From positions 68,293,222 through 68,357,221 of the forward strand of contig NC_068992.1 in assembly GCF_001194135.2 (NCBI RefSeq): a DNA stretch of 64,000 bases. The letters are read 5' to 3'. Made by a program: the position numbers and the translations under genes. The DNA is from Octopus bimaculoides (taxonomy: Eukaryota). The notes under the pieces are model-generated. The model was given only the letters and a program-made list of their open reading frames with translations, ran no database searches and was not told the origin of the DNA. Below are positions 1 to 12,991 of this stretch, one piece after another (the first letter of the stretch is position 1; every line of letters begins with the position of its first letter).

Positions 1-1003
1 GTGAAGACATTCATACCAAAACTTTGTGAGTTCAAGAAATATTTTCAATTTAGTTCATTTAAAACTAGATCCAAGGTAGAGAGAGAAGTTTCATGTTCAT
101 GATATTTCGAGGTTCCGTGGAGTTTCTGAATTGAAGCGCCCATAAGGAAATATTGAAGAAGTCGAAATTTCAGCCCAAATCGGACTTCCTGTAAAAAATT
201 GGACGTTCATCTCAGATGAGACAGCCAGATCGGATTTTCAACCGTGTCTGACTTTTAGTCATATCCTACTTTCGGCCCTGATTCAGTCATAAGTGAATTT
301 CTGAAGTTCCATGGTGTGAACTGAGGAATTTCATTTTAACTCTTACTCTTACCGAAAATGCTTTTGAAAGGCACTAAGACAAGAGAGAGAAGAGCAACAG
401 AGACATCAAAGGAGGCACAAGAAAGGGGAGAAGAAGAAAAGGTCAAGGGCTGCAGAATATGACAGTCAGTCTTCGATGCAAAACCACTGCGGTGATCCAG
501 CATGACTGAAAGACATAAAGGAATAAAAGAACACACACACACACACACATGCGTACTGTGTCGTTGTAAATTTATAGGATAAACGAATACAAGTTTTATT
601 ATAATGCAGCTTTTGCCGAATAACTAGTTTCATTGAATGTGAACGAAAATATGACGTATTAATCTTCAAAGAACCGTTTATTTGCAACAGAATAATTTTT
701 CTCCGTTTTTAGATTATATGATAGGAAGTTTAGTACACTGGTTTTATATCAGCCAAAAAGTACCAAATGTAAGAACTTTCATTTATTATTCTATAAATGT
801 CAATAAAACAGTGGTGAATAATAGAATCAGTAAAGAGGTGGACACTATAACTTTCAGGATTAAGTGACAGCTCTTTCAGTACCAAGTTGAGAATGTTACC
901 GTAGTCTCATTTGCATTTCATCTCTGTAGGTTCGATAAAATATAATACTTTGCTTGTTTTGTTATTGAGTACGCGGTTTTCATGTTTTGAGACAAAATTT
1001 AAC

Positions 1004-1246
1004 ATTATTATTATTATTATTTATTGCTTTTGCACAGCTTCTAACGCTGGAGATGTATTGCGGTGTCAGCTGTTCACTACAAGTGAAGTAAGGTAACACC
1101 TCTTACTTTTCGAGCACCTTCCGAAGTATTCGAGCGGTTCTAAGCAGTGCTGTTTTCTGCAAGTGCTCCACCCTTATTGCAGCCCCTATTTGTTCCATGT
1201 ACTTCTCAAGATTTTTGCTCACTGTTCCCAGGGCTCCAACAATTAT
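1004..1246 (-). mobile_element. R4/Dong-clade non-LTR retrotransposon, 5'-truncated 3' end with (AAT)n tail
   Basis: Minus strand reads VGAL(G)TVSKNLEKYMEQIGAAIRVEHLQKTALLRTARILRKVLEK* (one frameshift), the typical C-terminus after the restriction-like endonuclease of R2/R4-group LINEs. A short 3'UTR and (AAT)n tail follow. Confidence 0.8.
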
Positions 1247-1267
1247 CATCATCGTTGTTGATAATGA

Positions 1268-1477
1268 GGCGAGCTGGCAGAATCGTTAGCACGGTGGACT
1301 GAATACTTAGCAGTATTTCGCCCGTCGCTACGTTCTGATTTCAAATTCCGCCGAGATCGTTTTTGCGTTTCATCCTTCAGCGGTTAATAAATTGAGTACC
1401 AGTGAAACACAGGGGTCGATGCAATTAACTTAATCCCCTCCCCCAAGCTGCCCATGTGGCTAAAGGTCGAAATAAAT
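1268..1477 (+). mobile_element. tRNA-derived SINE family A (octopus-type), tail variant beta
   Basis: GGCGAGCTGGCAGAATCGTTAGC head, B-box-like TTCAAATTCC and shared body. Followed by (TTG)n(TTA)n to 1553. Confidence 0.85.
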
Positions 1478-1494
1478 TGTTGTTGTTGTTGTTG

Positions 1495-1554
<60 letters not shown>

Positions 1555-1555
<1 letters not shown>

Positions 1556-1744
1556 GGCGGTAAGCTGGCAGAATCGTTAGCATGCCGGGGAAAATGCATA
1601 GCGACACTTCGTCCGTCTTCACGTTCTGAGTTCAAATTCCGCCAACGTGGACTCTGGCTTTCATTCTTTCAGGGTCGATAAAATAAGTACCAGTTGATTA
1701 CTTGGGTCGATATAATCCGTAATCCATTTATCTCCCCCCCCCCC
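1555..1744 (+). mobile_element. SINE family A copy
   Basis: Same head, GAGTTCAAATTCC B box and body; starts inside the TTA tail of the previous copy. Confidence 0.85.
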
Positions 1745-1792
1745 ACACACACACACATACACACCACGAACTTCTTGGTGTTATTGTCATTA

Positions 1793-2008
1793 AGGTGGCG
1801 AACTAGCAGAATCGCTATCGAGCTTTTTGGCATTTCTTCCGTTTCTTGGTTCTAAGTTCAAATCCCGCCAAAGGCGACTTTGCCTTTCATCATTTCGAAG
1901 TTGATAAAAGAAGTACCATTGGAGCATTGGGGTCGATGTAGACAATTAACCTCCTACCCACACCATTTCAGGCTTGTGCCTTTAGTAAACGGGATTTTAT
2001 TATTATTA
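1793..2008 (+). mobile_element. SINE family A copy, tail variant alpha
   Basis: Diverged head and B box; tail ATTTCAGGCTTGTGCCTTTAGTA followed by TTA repeats. Confidence 0.8.
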
Positions 2009-2734
2009 AATGAAAAACATTTGTGGCAGAATCATTAATATCGGACAAAATACTCTCCAGTAGAGTTAAGTCTTGTAACTGGTGTTTGCCTTAATCCGAA
2101 TCCAAAATTCCCTCTTCTTCGATTCAGGAAATTGACTGGGCGGATAATAGATATAAAGATTACAGATTTCAGTAACAGGTATATCATCCCAGTTTCGGGA
2201 AAGTAAAAGACGATGATGTCAGCACAAGAGAATCCAATCGTGACCATTGAGCTCAATCAAACAAAAGATATTAGTCTCCGAAAAATAAGTAAAAAAAAAA
2301 TAATAATAAAGGGCCGTCTAACAGCCTTTCACCATGTAGCTGTTGGGCTTCTGCAGTAGATTTAACAAATAGACAGAATTGTGATAAGCACTACTATTAT
2401 GAGGAGTGGGGAACAACTTCCTGTTCTTTTTCTGCTGTTCTGTCGCACCGTTGTCTTACACAAGTTATTGTATGAAGGATTGAAATCTCGGATTTCTTTC
2501 CGCTTATTGTTCAAATAATGGTCTTTAACTTCTGAGCACAAATTTCATCGGGGTGAGCATCACCTGACGTTAGAAATGATAATGTTTAGAGTTGAAAAGG
2601 GAGATTGTGATTGTGTTCTTAGATGAAGTCTCAGTCCGGATTAAAAACAGTATTTTCCACTCCATAAATTTATCTTTACCTATTCCTTCGAGATTGTTGC
2701 CTTGCGGAAATATAACATAGTACTAAGAGCGTAT

Positions 2735-3120
2735 ATATATAGAGATGAGAAATATTGGTATCCAGAAGACCCAAGGTGGCAGGTAAGGCTATGTAAGCGC
2801 TACGGGAGGCCAGTAGTTAGACTCTCGGTTCGATAATAATACGTGTGAGGAGTCGAATGCAGGTCTTGTGTGAGTATGTATATGTTAAATAAATTGAGAC
2901 AACAAAACCAAGGCTGTGTGGAATTTCTAGGACATTTATGAAGAGGGAGGTAGTCTTACTGCTGTTTCGGGGATATTAGGGATAGCCGTTCATCAGAGAA
3001 GATATGAAAGGGTTAACTAGAGGGAACTAGTAGAGTTCAATATAAGGAGATATTTTGGAAAAGGATGGATATAGGAAGTATAAAGGGAAATAAGAGAATA
3101 AAAATATAAGTAAAAATATA
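2735..3120 (-). mobile_element. Penelope-like terminal (pLTR-type) fragment, family P1
   Basis: About 200 bp is the reverse complement of 3150-3345 and contains a hammerhead-like core. Parts recur at 5110-5250. The Penelope assignment rests on the hammerhead architecture, not on a coding match. Confidence 0.6.
2953..3000 (-). ncRNA. degenerate minimal type I hammerhead ribozyme motif (P1, left copy)
   Basis: Minus strand: ttct-CTGATGA-a-cggctatc-cct-aatatccc-c-GAAA-cagcag-TA-agac. Core is intact; helices II and III are mutated. Confidence 0.55.
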
Positions 3121-3129
3121 TGTATATAT

Positions 3130-3345
3130 CTCTACTTTTATTTTATTGATATTCCCATTTTTTTCCAAAATAACTCCTTTTATTGAACTCTACTATTTCC
3201 CTCATATCGTCTCTGATGAAGGGATATCCCTGATATCCCAGAAACAGTTGTAAGACTACCTTTCGCTTTATAAAATGTCCTATAAATTCCACACAGCCTT
3301 GGTTTTGATGTCTCATCTTATTTAACACATATTCACACACACATA
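3130..3345 (+). mobile_element. Penelope-like terminal fragment, family P1 (inverted partner)
   Basis: Inverted copy of about 2871-3070 carrying the hammerhead motif. Confidence 0.6.
3209..3256 (+). ncRNA. minimal type I hammerhead ribozyme motif (P1, right copy)
   Basis: gtct-CTGATGA-a-GGGATATC-cct-GATATCCC-a-GAAA-cagttg-TA-agac: 4-bp helix I, perfect 8-bp helix II, near-palindromic helix III (ACAGTTGT versus ACAGCTGT), GUA triplet. Confidence 0.75.
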
Positions 3346-4372
3346 CCCCCCCCCACACACACACACACACATATATTTATGCATCAATGCGTATGTTAAA
3401 TGATCGTTATGTGCTGGTTATTATTAATACCCAAATTATGAAATGTGGTTAAACTATCAGAAAAAAATGTTCATGAGACAGGTGTAAGACAACAACCTAG
3501 ATTACACTTCTTACTACACAATTTTGTTAGCTTCTCCCATCTACTAATTTTTATCGTTACAGCCACATGAAGTTTAATATCAGTATTTTAATTTTATATT
3601 TCGTATAATATTACAAGAAACGATTATTCCATTGTTTCAAACTCCTTCTACAACCATGAGAAACCCTCAACACATACCCACACTTAGTTTATATTGACAG
3701 CAATCGACGATATCGGAGAAAGAAGTATAAAATATATAATGGACAAGGTTTTCAAAAGAAATAAGTTGCAGTTAGTTGATTAGCCATAAAGAGGAAATAT
3801 GAAACATTTGCTCATTATGTTTCGACTGCTGTTAAGATAAGAAGCAAGATGAGTAAATAAATATCGCCAGAAGGCTGCTAAATCGAAATGATATTTCTGA
3901 CAAACGGAAAAATCTGTTACAGGCGATCCTAAACAACCTGTTTCCTACAGAACACGATGATTTTAATATTGAATACAAAAGATGACCCCAGGATTGTCTT
4001 AAAATGCTTTGGTCCCATCCAAGAAATACTATTGTATAGTATAGTGTATGCTATACAATGATAATCAAATGTATATCAGAAAGGGAACCGGAAAATATGA
4101 AGCTAACAATCTTGTCACCAAAACATTAACCTCTTAAGATGTCGCACGCGCGCATATGTTCATCCTGGTCTTCCATTCATAACCAGTGTCTAATGGCCTG
4201 TTGATGGAACGGATAAAATGTCACAAAAATAAGAGTATCAGGATGCATATCGATATTCACGACAAATGCAAAATGGCAATACTTCTTGTACAAGAATTAT
4301 TAGATGCTCATAAAAACGCAGTTGGAACTTACCATTTCCGGAGACAATAATGAATATTGCAATAATTAACGA

Positions 4373-4413
<41 letters not shown>

Positions 4414-4975
4414 CGTAAAAAATGTTTCGACATTAAGCACGATTTACAAATGTCTATGGCCATAGTGTAAAAAGCATTTTCTACAAAGACGTGATATATT
4501 ATGCAACAGACTTTTTGATTGAACTTGAACAAGAGAAATAGAGATTATTTAATCATAATACATGAACATATACAGAAATATAAGCTTATCTGTCTATGGC
4601 AGTATTTCCTTCAGTGACGGTGACTTTAACAACTTAATGTATACAGTTACTCGATTTCCTATGGCGTGCGAAAGCTTCTGTTATTCTCTTAGACATGAAA
4701 TGAATATAGACCAACTGATATTATTGTTGAAATAGTGTTTGGATTCCTAGCCGCTAGCTCTCTTGAATATTTCATTGATTATTCTGTAGTGCTGTTATCG
4801 TATGTTTGAAAATTCTCTCCCGGCTTTGTATTATTTTAATGCAGTTTCGTGTATTGGTCCGATTACACTGATACTTTCATAAGTTGTACGCAATACAAAG
4901 TGTTGATCTTTATAATTTCCATTTAACAGTTCCATGTTTCCGACCCATTGCCACATTTTGTTCCCACACGATAAA

Positions 4976-5016
<41 letters not shown>

Positions 5017-5041
5017 NNNNNNNNNNNNNNNNNNNNNNNNN

Positions 5042-5109
<68 letters not shown>

Positions 5110-5113
<4 letters not shown>

Positions 5114-5250
5114 TAGATAAAATGAAACAACAAGGCCAAGGGTGTGTTGAATTTTCAGGACATTTGTAAAGAGGAAGCTAGTCTTTATCTTTATAAAACG
5201 TTACTTGCCACCTTGGGTCTTCTAGATAGCAATACTTCTCATATATATAA
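5110..5250. mobile_element. rearranged fragments of family P1 (no hammerhead core)
   Basis: 5110-5186 matches about 2883-2957 in the same orientation; 5201-5250 matches about 2735-2787 in the opposite orientation. Confidence 0.6.
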
Positions 5251-5483
5251 TATAATATAATATAATATCAAAACAAGCAACAAGATATCAAGCGGCTCCA
5301 TTTAATTGAGCAATGCAATCATTACCTCAATGTAAATGCAGTATCATCTTTAGCTTCACAAATAAATAATTTTAACCAGCCGGACATATAAATATAATTT
5401 TTCTCAAATACTTTAGCAGAGCTATTAGTATAGTATAGTATTATAGCTAAGAATAGACTACACTTCCAAGAATCGCATGAAGC

Positions 5484-5533
<50 letters not shown>

Positions 5534-5699
5534 ATGAGATCAAGAGACCAATGGCATAAGTAAATTTATATTTTATATATACACACGCTAATACACGACT
5601 CATGTTATATTCCCCATTCATGTTACAATCACATCTGGGGCATAACTAGTCGGTATACAGCACTTATTCGGTAATACCTGTATCTTTAGGGTCTGGATG

Positions 5700-6272
5700 A
5701 TTCCATTACCCTTCATATATCACTAAACCTCTTCTGATGTGTGGCATTTGGTGGATGAGAGAGTTTGACGTTGTTACCCTCATCTGTGTTTCTTGCTTTG
5801 AGGCAGGCTGATCCGGAACTCATAACAGAAGGAGATCCAGTTTTGTTTTGAAAAAGCCTACGTGCACGCTATGCAGGTCTCTCTGGCTTTGTGGGAGGAT
5901 ATTGAAAAGTTGTGGGTCTTTGAAGCCCAAGTTGTAGCAGTATCCGGTTCTTATTCTGATGGCAATGTTGGGAATTTTGGTTTATGCTGTGGCGCCCCGT
6001 CCTGCAATTTATGTAACTGACAATGCTAAAGGTCTTCTATGATTTTTCAGATGTATATTACTGCATATCTTTCCTTCCTTCGCTCGAGGGAGTAGAGTTT
6101 TAACTCTTTCAGTCTCTCTCATTAGCTAATATGTCGCATTGTGTTAATCTTCTTCGTGTAGCTTCGCTGGATCGTCTCGAGTTCCGTCGTTACTTTTACA
6201 GTTTGGTGACCACAGTTAAGAGTAGTAATCCAGACGGCCGAGAACGAAAATTCTCCAGATGACTATCATGGT
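5700..6272 (-). mobile_element. CR1-like LINE 3' fragment (RT C-terminal region), degenerate
   Basis: Minus translation WRIFVLGRLDYYS*LWSP...NLGFKDPQLFNILPQSQRDLHSV...FKTKLDL...VPDQP...SNSLIHQ, homologous to 49774-50400. Confidence 0.85.
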
Positions 6273-6538
6273 TTCTTTTTCTCTTGTATAGAAACTTCAA
6301 AGGATCTATCGGGTCAAGCGTCTGAATTTCAATATATCAGCATTTATTGGTTTCTTAACGTGTAGGCATTTACCAAAGATGGGTATAATTTTAACAGAAA
6401 GTCGAAATAAATTACGTATAAATAAAACTGCGCTTGTTTTTGACAGTCAACTATTTTGATCGATTATTGAGATAAGAGTAACGTGTTTAGGTCAGTCTAT
6501 GGTTCAAATAGTATTCTCCAAGACTGCACACGCACACA

Positions 6539-6583
<45 letters not shown>

Positions 6584-7467
6584 GCGCGCGCTTGTTTGTA
6601 TGATCATTATCGGTACGGCCCTGACACCAGCTAAGTGACGTTTGACTTTACCTCAGTATTACGTTAAATTTATTCATGCCGTGGAGTGTTCATCCAGTTA
6701 CACGTTAAGTCGATGAACATTTATGTTTATCGAACAAGTGAAACCTCATCGCCCATCGCCTGGAAACCACCACCGCCACCAATCACAGATCACAAATTCC
6801 GATCGTAAATTTATACAACTATGAACTAATTTTTAATGACATTACTCTAACAATGAATTTATTCGCACAATTTATGAACGACTAACTGAATGGCAAGACA
6901 TTTCTATGTTAGTTTGTTATAAACCATTACCAAAATAAAAACTGTAATTTTGTACTAAAGTTGTCGACTAACTTTAGATTATAAAAATTTCAAATAATTA
7001 TGTCAATTTGGAGAAAAAATCGATGTTGCAAACAATGAATTATATTTCAAAGTTAGAACGGTTTAAGTGGATATATCGGCATTATTTATTGTCATTTATG
7101 GAACGGCCAGAATCATGCACATTAATTATTGAATTGTTATTAGCAATAATAGGTTTGATAAAATGTAACAAAACAGAACTTAGTGTCCAAGCCTATACGT
7201 AACAATAATAGCATGTTGTTTCAAGTTAAGGAGAAAATAGATCATATAGTTGTTAATATAATGCACACTGTTTAATCAAATACCTATTATATTGTTGATA
7301 TGAATCTAAACAATCACAACCAGAATATTTATGTTCCACTGAGGAAACTTAAGATGTTTGAATTAGAATGTAGACATACTGTTTTGCAAAATATCAAGTT
7401 CGATTTTGTTATTCTCCCCATAATATTGACAATATGATTTATTTTAAATAATACAATTTTTATTCTG

Positions 7468-7684
<217 letters not shown>

Positions 7685-8219
7685 GAAATACAAAAGTGGT
7701 GCCTAAATTTGAAATCAATATTCAATGATACAATTATGAACAAATTTTACAATTACCGTTCTTGTTGAACCTAGAAATGACGAAACACGACCCCTTCTCT
7801 GGGACCCATGCACTTAGTAAACTAACGCCACATTTTGCCGAATGTCATGTTTGCACAGATCACCTATCCATATCGTGGAAGCAAAATTGACTACAACTGT
7901 AGTTCACTCTCGCTTCAAAACTCTTTACTGTAGCTTCTGTGTTTCATCATTCCTAAAAATAAGAGATTAGTTTGTGGATAGATTTTCATTTGGACATTTT
8001 AAGTTCCTACTTTCAGAGCTTTCAAAATTGGTGCCAAACGCCTTTAATTTCCAAATGTTTACTTACATAGAGTACCTACCAGTGCTGTCTAAGTTTGTTT
8101 TTAGCTTTTACAAGAAAAATAATTCTGACTTCAGCAAGGCACATGTACAGGACTTCCTTTGTGACGTTGGGAAAAGTTAACACTCGTGGGCGGAACATAA
8201 TCATACTGCTGCGCTTTTG

Positions 8220-8283
8220 TTCTTTCCGCACAAAATTTTCCATACCAAGAATTTTCTTGGTATGGAAAATTTGTTGGAAAGAA
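8220..8283. repeat. near-perfect palindrome
   Basis: 19-bp perfect arms (8233-8251 / 8254-8272) around 2 nt, extended by TTCTTTCC/GGAAAGAA outer arms. Confidence 0.9.
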
Positions 8284-8519
8284 CACTCTCGAAAGATAAG
8301 GATATATTTTTCAAATGGAAGTGTTGCAACCACTGAGAAATCTGTGCTGTTATCGTGATTGCTTGTGACTCTGCGATTTTCTTTCTTTTTTTCTTTTGGG
8401 TGCTAGCGATCCGTCAGCTCACTGCCTTGGTAATGATAATAATGAGTGGAAGACTTCTGGTATCAAGTAAATGGAAGTATTGACATGTAAATGTTTTGTC
8501 ATGGTACAAAAAAACAAAA

Positions 8520-8995
8520 ACGAGCTACTGCAAATGTTCTGCTCAATACAACACAGATTTGCTTATCAGTTGCTTAACTTTAACCAATTCAGCATGTCCC
8601 TGAGTGGCTGACGATGTGTGCATCTCTGATCATGAGCAGAAGTAATGGGGCAGCATCATAGCCGTATGTTGAGAGGAATTCTTTGTATTTGAATAATTTA
8701 CCTCTAGAAACATTGATGTTTCATTCACCATCCTTAAACCAACCTTATTCAGGGGCCTCTTGAGCGAGATGGGCTACTCAACCTGAAGAAAATTCTAACT
8801 GGGTTTCCACTTGCAAAGGCATGCGCTGTTTATCTGGATATGAGATCACCATGTCGCGCTCGTATGGTTGTGAGGCATGCGCCTAGTGTACCCTCATCAG
8901 GAGAGTAGTCATTATGGGTATATTGGGCTTCGTGTATTTGTACCCCGGTTTCACTTTGATGGCATGTCCTTCTCTCTCACTCGATGATAATAATT
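8520..8995 (+). mobile_element. unclassified interspersed repeat family U (AAT-tailed)
   Basis: Overlaps in sequence with 39078-39275 (left part) and 37141-37180 (right end). No ORF; ends in an AAT-like tract. Confidence 0.7.
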
Positions 8996-11399
8996 CAAAA
9001 TTTTTAATAATACCCTAGTAAATTTCCTTTAACATTTCGCCAGATACTTCTACGTTTAAAGATTGTGCTCATATGCACTTGTGGTGCTTGCGTTTATATT
9101 TCTACGCATCACTTGGAGTATACATGCTTTCTGTTGCCTATGAGTGTTAACGCACCTCAAGTGATCTTTGTATTTTGCTAATTTGTTCCTTTTAACAACA
9201 TTTATGTTAATTCAATATTAATGCTCCAGCATACTATCGATTTCACAACTATTGTTCGTAAGAAGAAAAGTTTTGCTTGTAATGTAAAACCGGAACTGAG
9301 GATCTTTTGAGACAGTTACGGCTGTCCTAGAAAACATTAGACAAAGCACAATGGACGCTACGTTATATGCTTTCAGTGCAACGCAAATCTAGACAAAATA
9401 GTAGATTTTTAATTCACCGCTCGCTCTCACACCACCGCCTACACTGACTTTTGTAGAATATATGCTGTAGTAAGCAACCGGCCTTAGTTTTCAATCTCAA
9501 TGCGACTAGTTTCGTTTCTTCTACCAGACATCAAAAGTAATCCTTGGTTCTGGTTTTCCCTCTGAGACTAAATTATGTAGAAATTAGAAGAAAAAAAATT
9601 AACTAATCTTATATTAGAATGCGTGGTGATAATTGTTTTTTTACATTGTTAGGATAAATGCATATTTACAATATACATAATATTTCTCATGTATATTTTA
9701 AATATACAAGGAATATATAGAAATTTGTGTCATTCATTCTTTGCCAAGTGCATTTTTGCAATAAAAAAAACTGAGGAAATGTTACAATTGTGTAATTTGA
9801 ACCACCTAGCTTACAATGTGCTTTACTACACTCACTATGCTCACATAAAAATTATCGCTATTTTAATCATTATTCATGCTTTGGAGATTAATGGTTTCGC
9901 TGTTGTCCATTGTTTAGCAAAGCAATTTTTTTATTATTTCAGCTTTGGTTTCCGTAACAACTGTTCCACATATTATGGCGCCAGTATATCGAAAATTGCC
10001 TCTATCACTTCAGTCATCATGAAATTTAATTCATATCAATAGGAAGAACGATTTCCTAGCGAATTATTTGCTTGGTTAATTCTTTTCCTATTCAGAATGG
10101 CAAATGTTTTATGTTTTTCATTTGAAAAGAAATTTACAATTATGTAAAGCATTCTGCGGGGAAATAAAAATCAATAAGCTATCCTGAGGATAACCTATTA
10201 AATATCTTAATATTTAAATATCCCGAAGCATTCAATAGAAACCAAAAGGTTTGCTAAAGAAAACTAGACAAGGCAAAAAAAAATGGATAGAAATGATAAT
10301 TCTGAAAACAAATTATTTCGTTCGCTATAAAATTCTAGTCATTTTTTTTTTTCATATATCGTCTTAATTGTTAGAAATTTTCAGCGGATCAGGTAAACAT
10401 AAAACCACAAATACATTCGATCAATAAAGAGTTTTTATAGATTCAGACATTTATTTGTTATGCAATTTTTATAAGCAAGGTATTGTGCGGATAATTTACT
10501 TTCTATGTTTGTTTTTTTTATTTGTTTATTTTTTGTTGTTCTTTTGTTGTCTTTGCATTGCACGTCAGGTAAATTTATTGGCAAATCAATATAAAAAATC
10601 CAAGTTATCTATGATCTTGTAAAAATTTATGAGTGATAATGTTGGAGTGTCTCCTGATAAATATCCATTTCATGATAGGTTTGTGAGTAAAGTTACTGAG
10701 GCATAGGGCAGTGTATTGTTTTCCATATTCACAAATTATTGACCTGCTTAAATGACAATCGCTTACAACAAGAAACATTAGCACTAATTGTTACTTCAGT
10801 AAAAAAGAAAAACAGAGAGGCTATATTCTACAGAAAAGTCAATGGAGAAATGCATTATATATATATATTTATATAGGAGATATGAAATAGATGTGTAATT
10901 TATATTATTGGTCATTAGCAATAAATGAAAGGTAAAGCTGACAACTGTAGGATTAGTAGTAAGGACATAAAGTAATGAAATTAATAAGTCAAGACAGTTC
11001 CTACAGCTGTTTTCCTTGGAGCATTCAATCAATTTTCCTCGTTAATAATATTACACGGTTAACTCCCACAAACACAGTCATATGTTAAGAATTTCGGTAC
11101 AAACTCACAAATTCCTCGGATGCATACCAATGTGTGTCATCTTGGTCAAGCGTGTTTTGACATTAACTCAAGTCAACCCAAACCTGGTCTATGAAATTGA
11201 GATGGAACCTGTGTAGAAGCTCATCGAGCTGTTCAAACCTGTAATATATAACTCCAGTTTTGTCAAGCTGTATCCTGCCGTTTCCATTTGAATGCCAATG
11301 GCACATCTCTGGAGAATATTTAGCTACTTATACTTAGTACATAGGAAGATAATTCAGGTAACCGAACAACCGAATAACAATCGACGAAACCGATGGATG

Positions 11400-11444
<45 letters not shown>

Positions 11445-12991
11445 CTTGAGTTCTACAGGTGTAACCCAGTGAGAACTGTTGCATAACTGGGTCGTTAGCG
11501 GCTAAACCAGTGACACTACAAAGCCTGCTTGATGAGCAGAATAGTTCTTGGATGCACGGCCATAGTATACCAAAGGTCATCAAAAGTTGGATCGACTCAG
11601 CTGGAGCAACGGTTACCCAATTATATTATGTATTTATGTGCGAGTACTTAGAAATTTCGGGTTTGGCATGCAGGTGCAAATTTAACTTATCCTTTTCGGT
11701 TGGACTCCAAACCGCGGTGAAGATAATATTCAGGAGTTGAACTTTAATAGAAAAACGCTATTAAATGAGTTTATGACAAACATTTATATCAACTTTCTGC
11801 TATCAGCACTTGCCAAACGCGTTGCTGACCCCACACAGGCTTTCGCCACTACAAACAAATCATTTCATCTGTGTACATTGACTAACACCAATAATATTAA
11901 TTGTTGGGTCTTCAAGCGTTTATGTTCCTAAAAGAGACAATTTGATGTGATTTTTCAAGTTCAATGTAAGTTGCTACTCTGTAGGAGTGCTGGCTGGTTG
12001 CCGTAGACAATACACGGAAGCAGGTCAAAGGAAGAAGTCTGCTACTTCAATATTTAGCTTTGGTGTGTATGTACTATGCAAATTTCGTTTTGGTTTGCAC
12101 TCCGCAAGTAAAAGTTATCGCTCAAGATAAAAACAGATGCCAAACGTGTTTGTAACTAGCCTCGCTTTCATTTCATATTGGATGTAAGTGAAAAGTTATT
12201 GAGTGACCTAAGAATCAATAATTCATACCCATACTGGTATACTCAATTTTTGAATCAGTGGGTCAACACTCTCTAACGAACATAGTAGCTATTCAGTAAT
12301 TACTGAGGTTATATCATATAGTTCTAACAGTGGGCGTTACGTAAGAAATTCATTGAAGGAGCAGTTGTCTAGTAACAACGATAACAAAAGGACATCACGC
12401 ATATAGTAATGGTAGCCGACGTTTGTGTGGGGTGGCAGAGTAATCCACTCTCAGATAAGTAAGCAGCAAGATAATTGTATTCCAACAGCTGCTGATAACT
12501 GAATCAGTTTAGTAGGTCGAAAGTGTAATATTTGTTAGGCAGTTTTAAAGATGTCGCATATTTGTCGTATCTGAGAGATCAGAGTGAGATATTTTAGTAA
12601 AAACATGAGTAGAGAATATATCTCAGTTTGTTTGCGCTTGTGTTTAGCCATGATTGTCAGTTGTGATTTAGGAGACTCACGATCATAGACATTCTACCAA
12701 TGATTATCCCGCCGTCTTTTATTCTTCCAGTATGGGCTAGAAGCAATAAGCAAACATATTTCATGAAATTAAACGACAACGATTAAGGTGTAAACTAAAT
12801 GATTTAAGTAATCATAAATTATTTACTTTAATATACATTAGAATTACTTTGATGCTCATTTCACTTTATAGAGGAATTCATAAAAATGGTGCAGAAATAT
12901 GTTCAAAATAATTTAAAATTGAAATTGTGTTTCTTCTGATTACATGAACGAAATTCTACCGAATGGATTTAACGATATCCTCTCATATTTA

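Noticed and set aside
4333-4375. Hydrophobic LIIAIFIIVSGN followed by a GTAAGT donor on the minus strand
   Set aside because: No acceptor or in-frame start without crossing the (TG)n tract; resemblance to a CAT helix or signal peptide is probably chance.
11100-11730. Coding-looking, GC-richer segments (also 2040-2280, 22250-22600, 27230-27630 and 41880-42070)
   Set aside because: All frames are interrupted and no family motif was recognised; probably old TE debris. Needs blastx.
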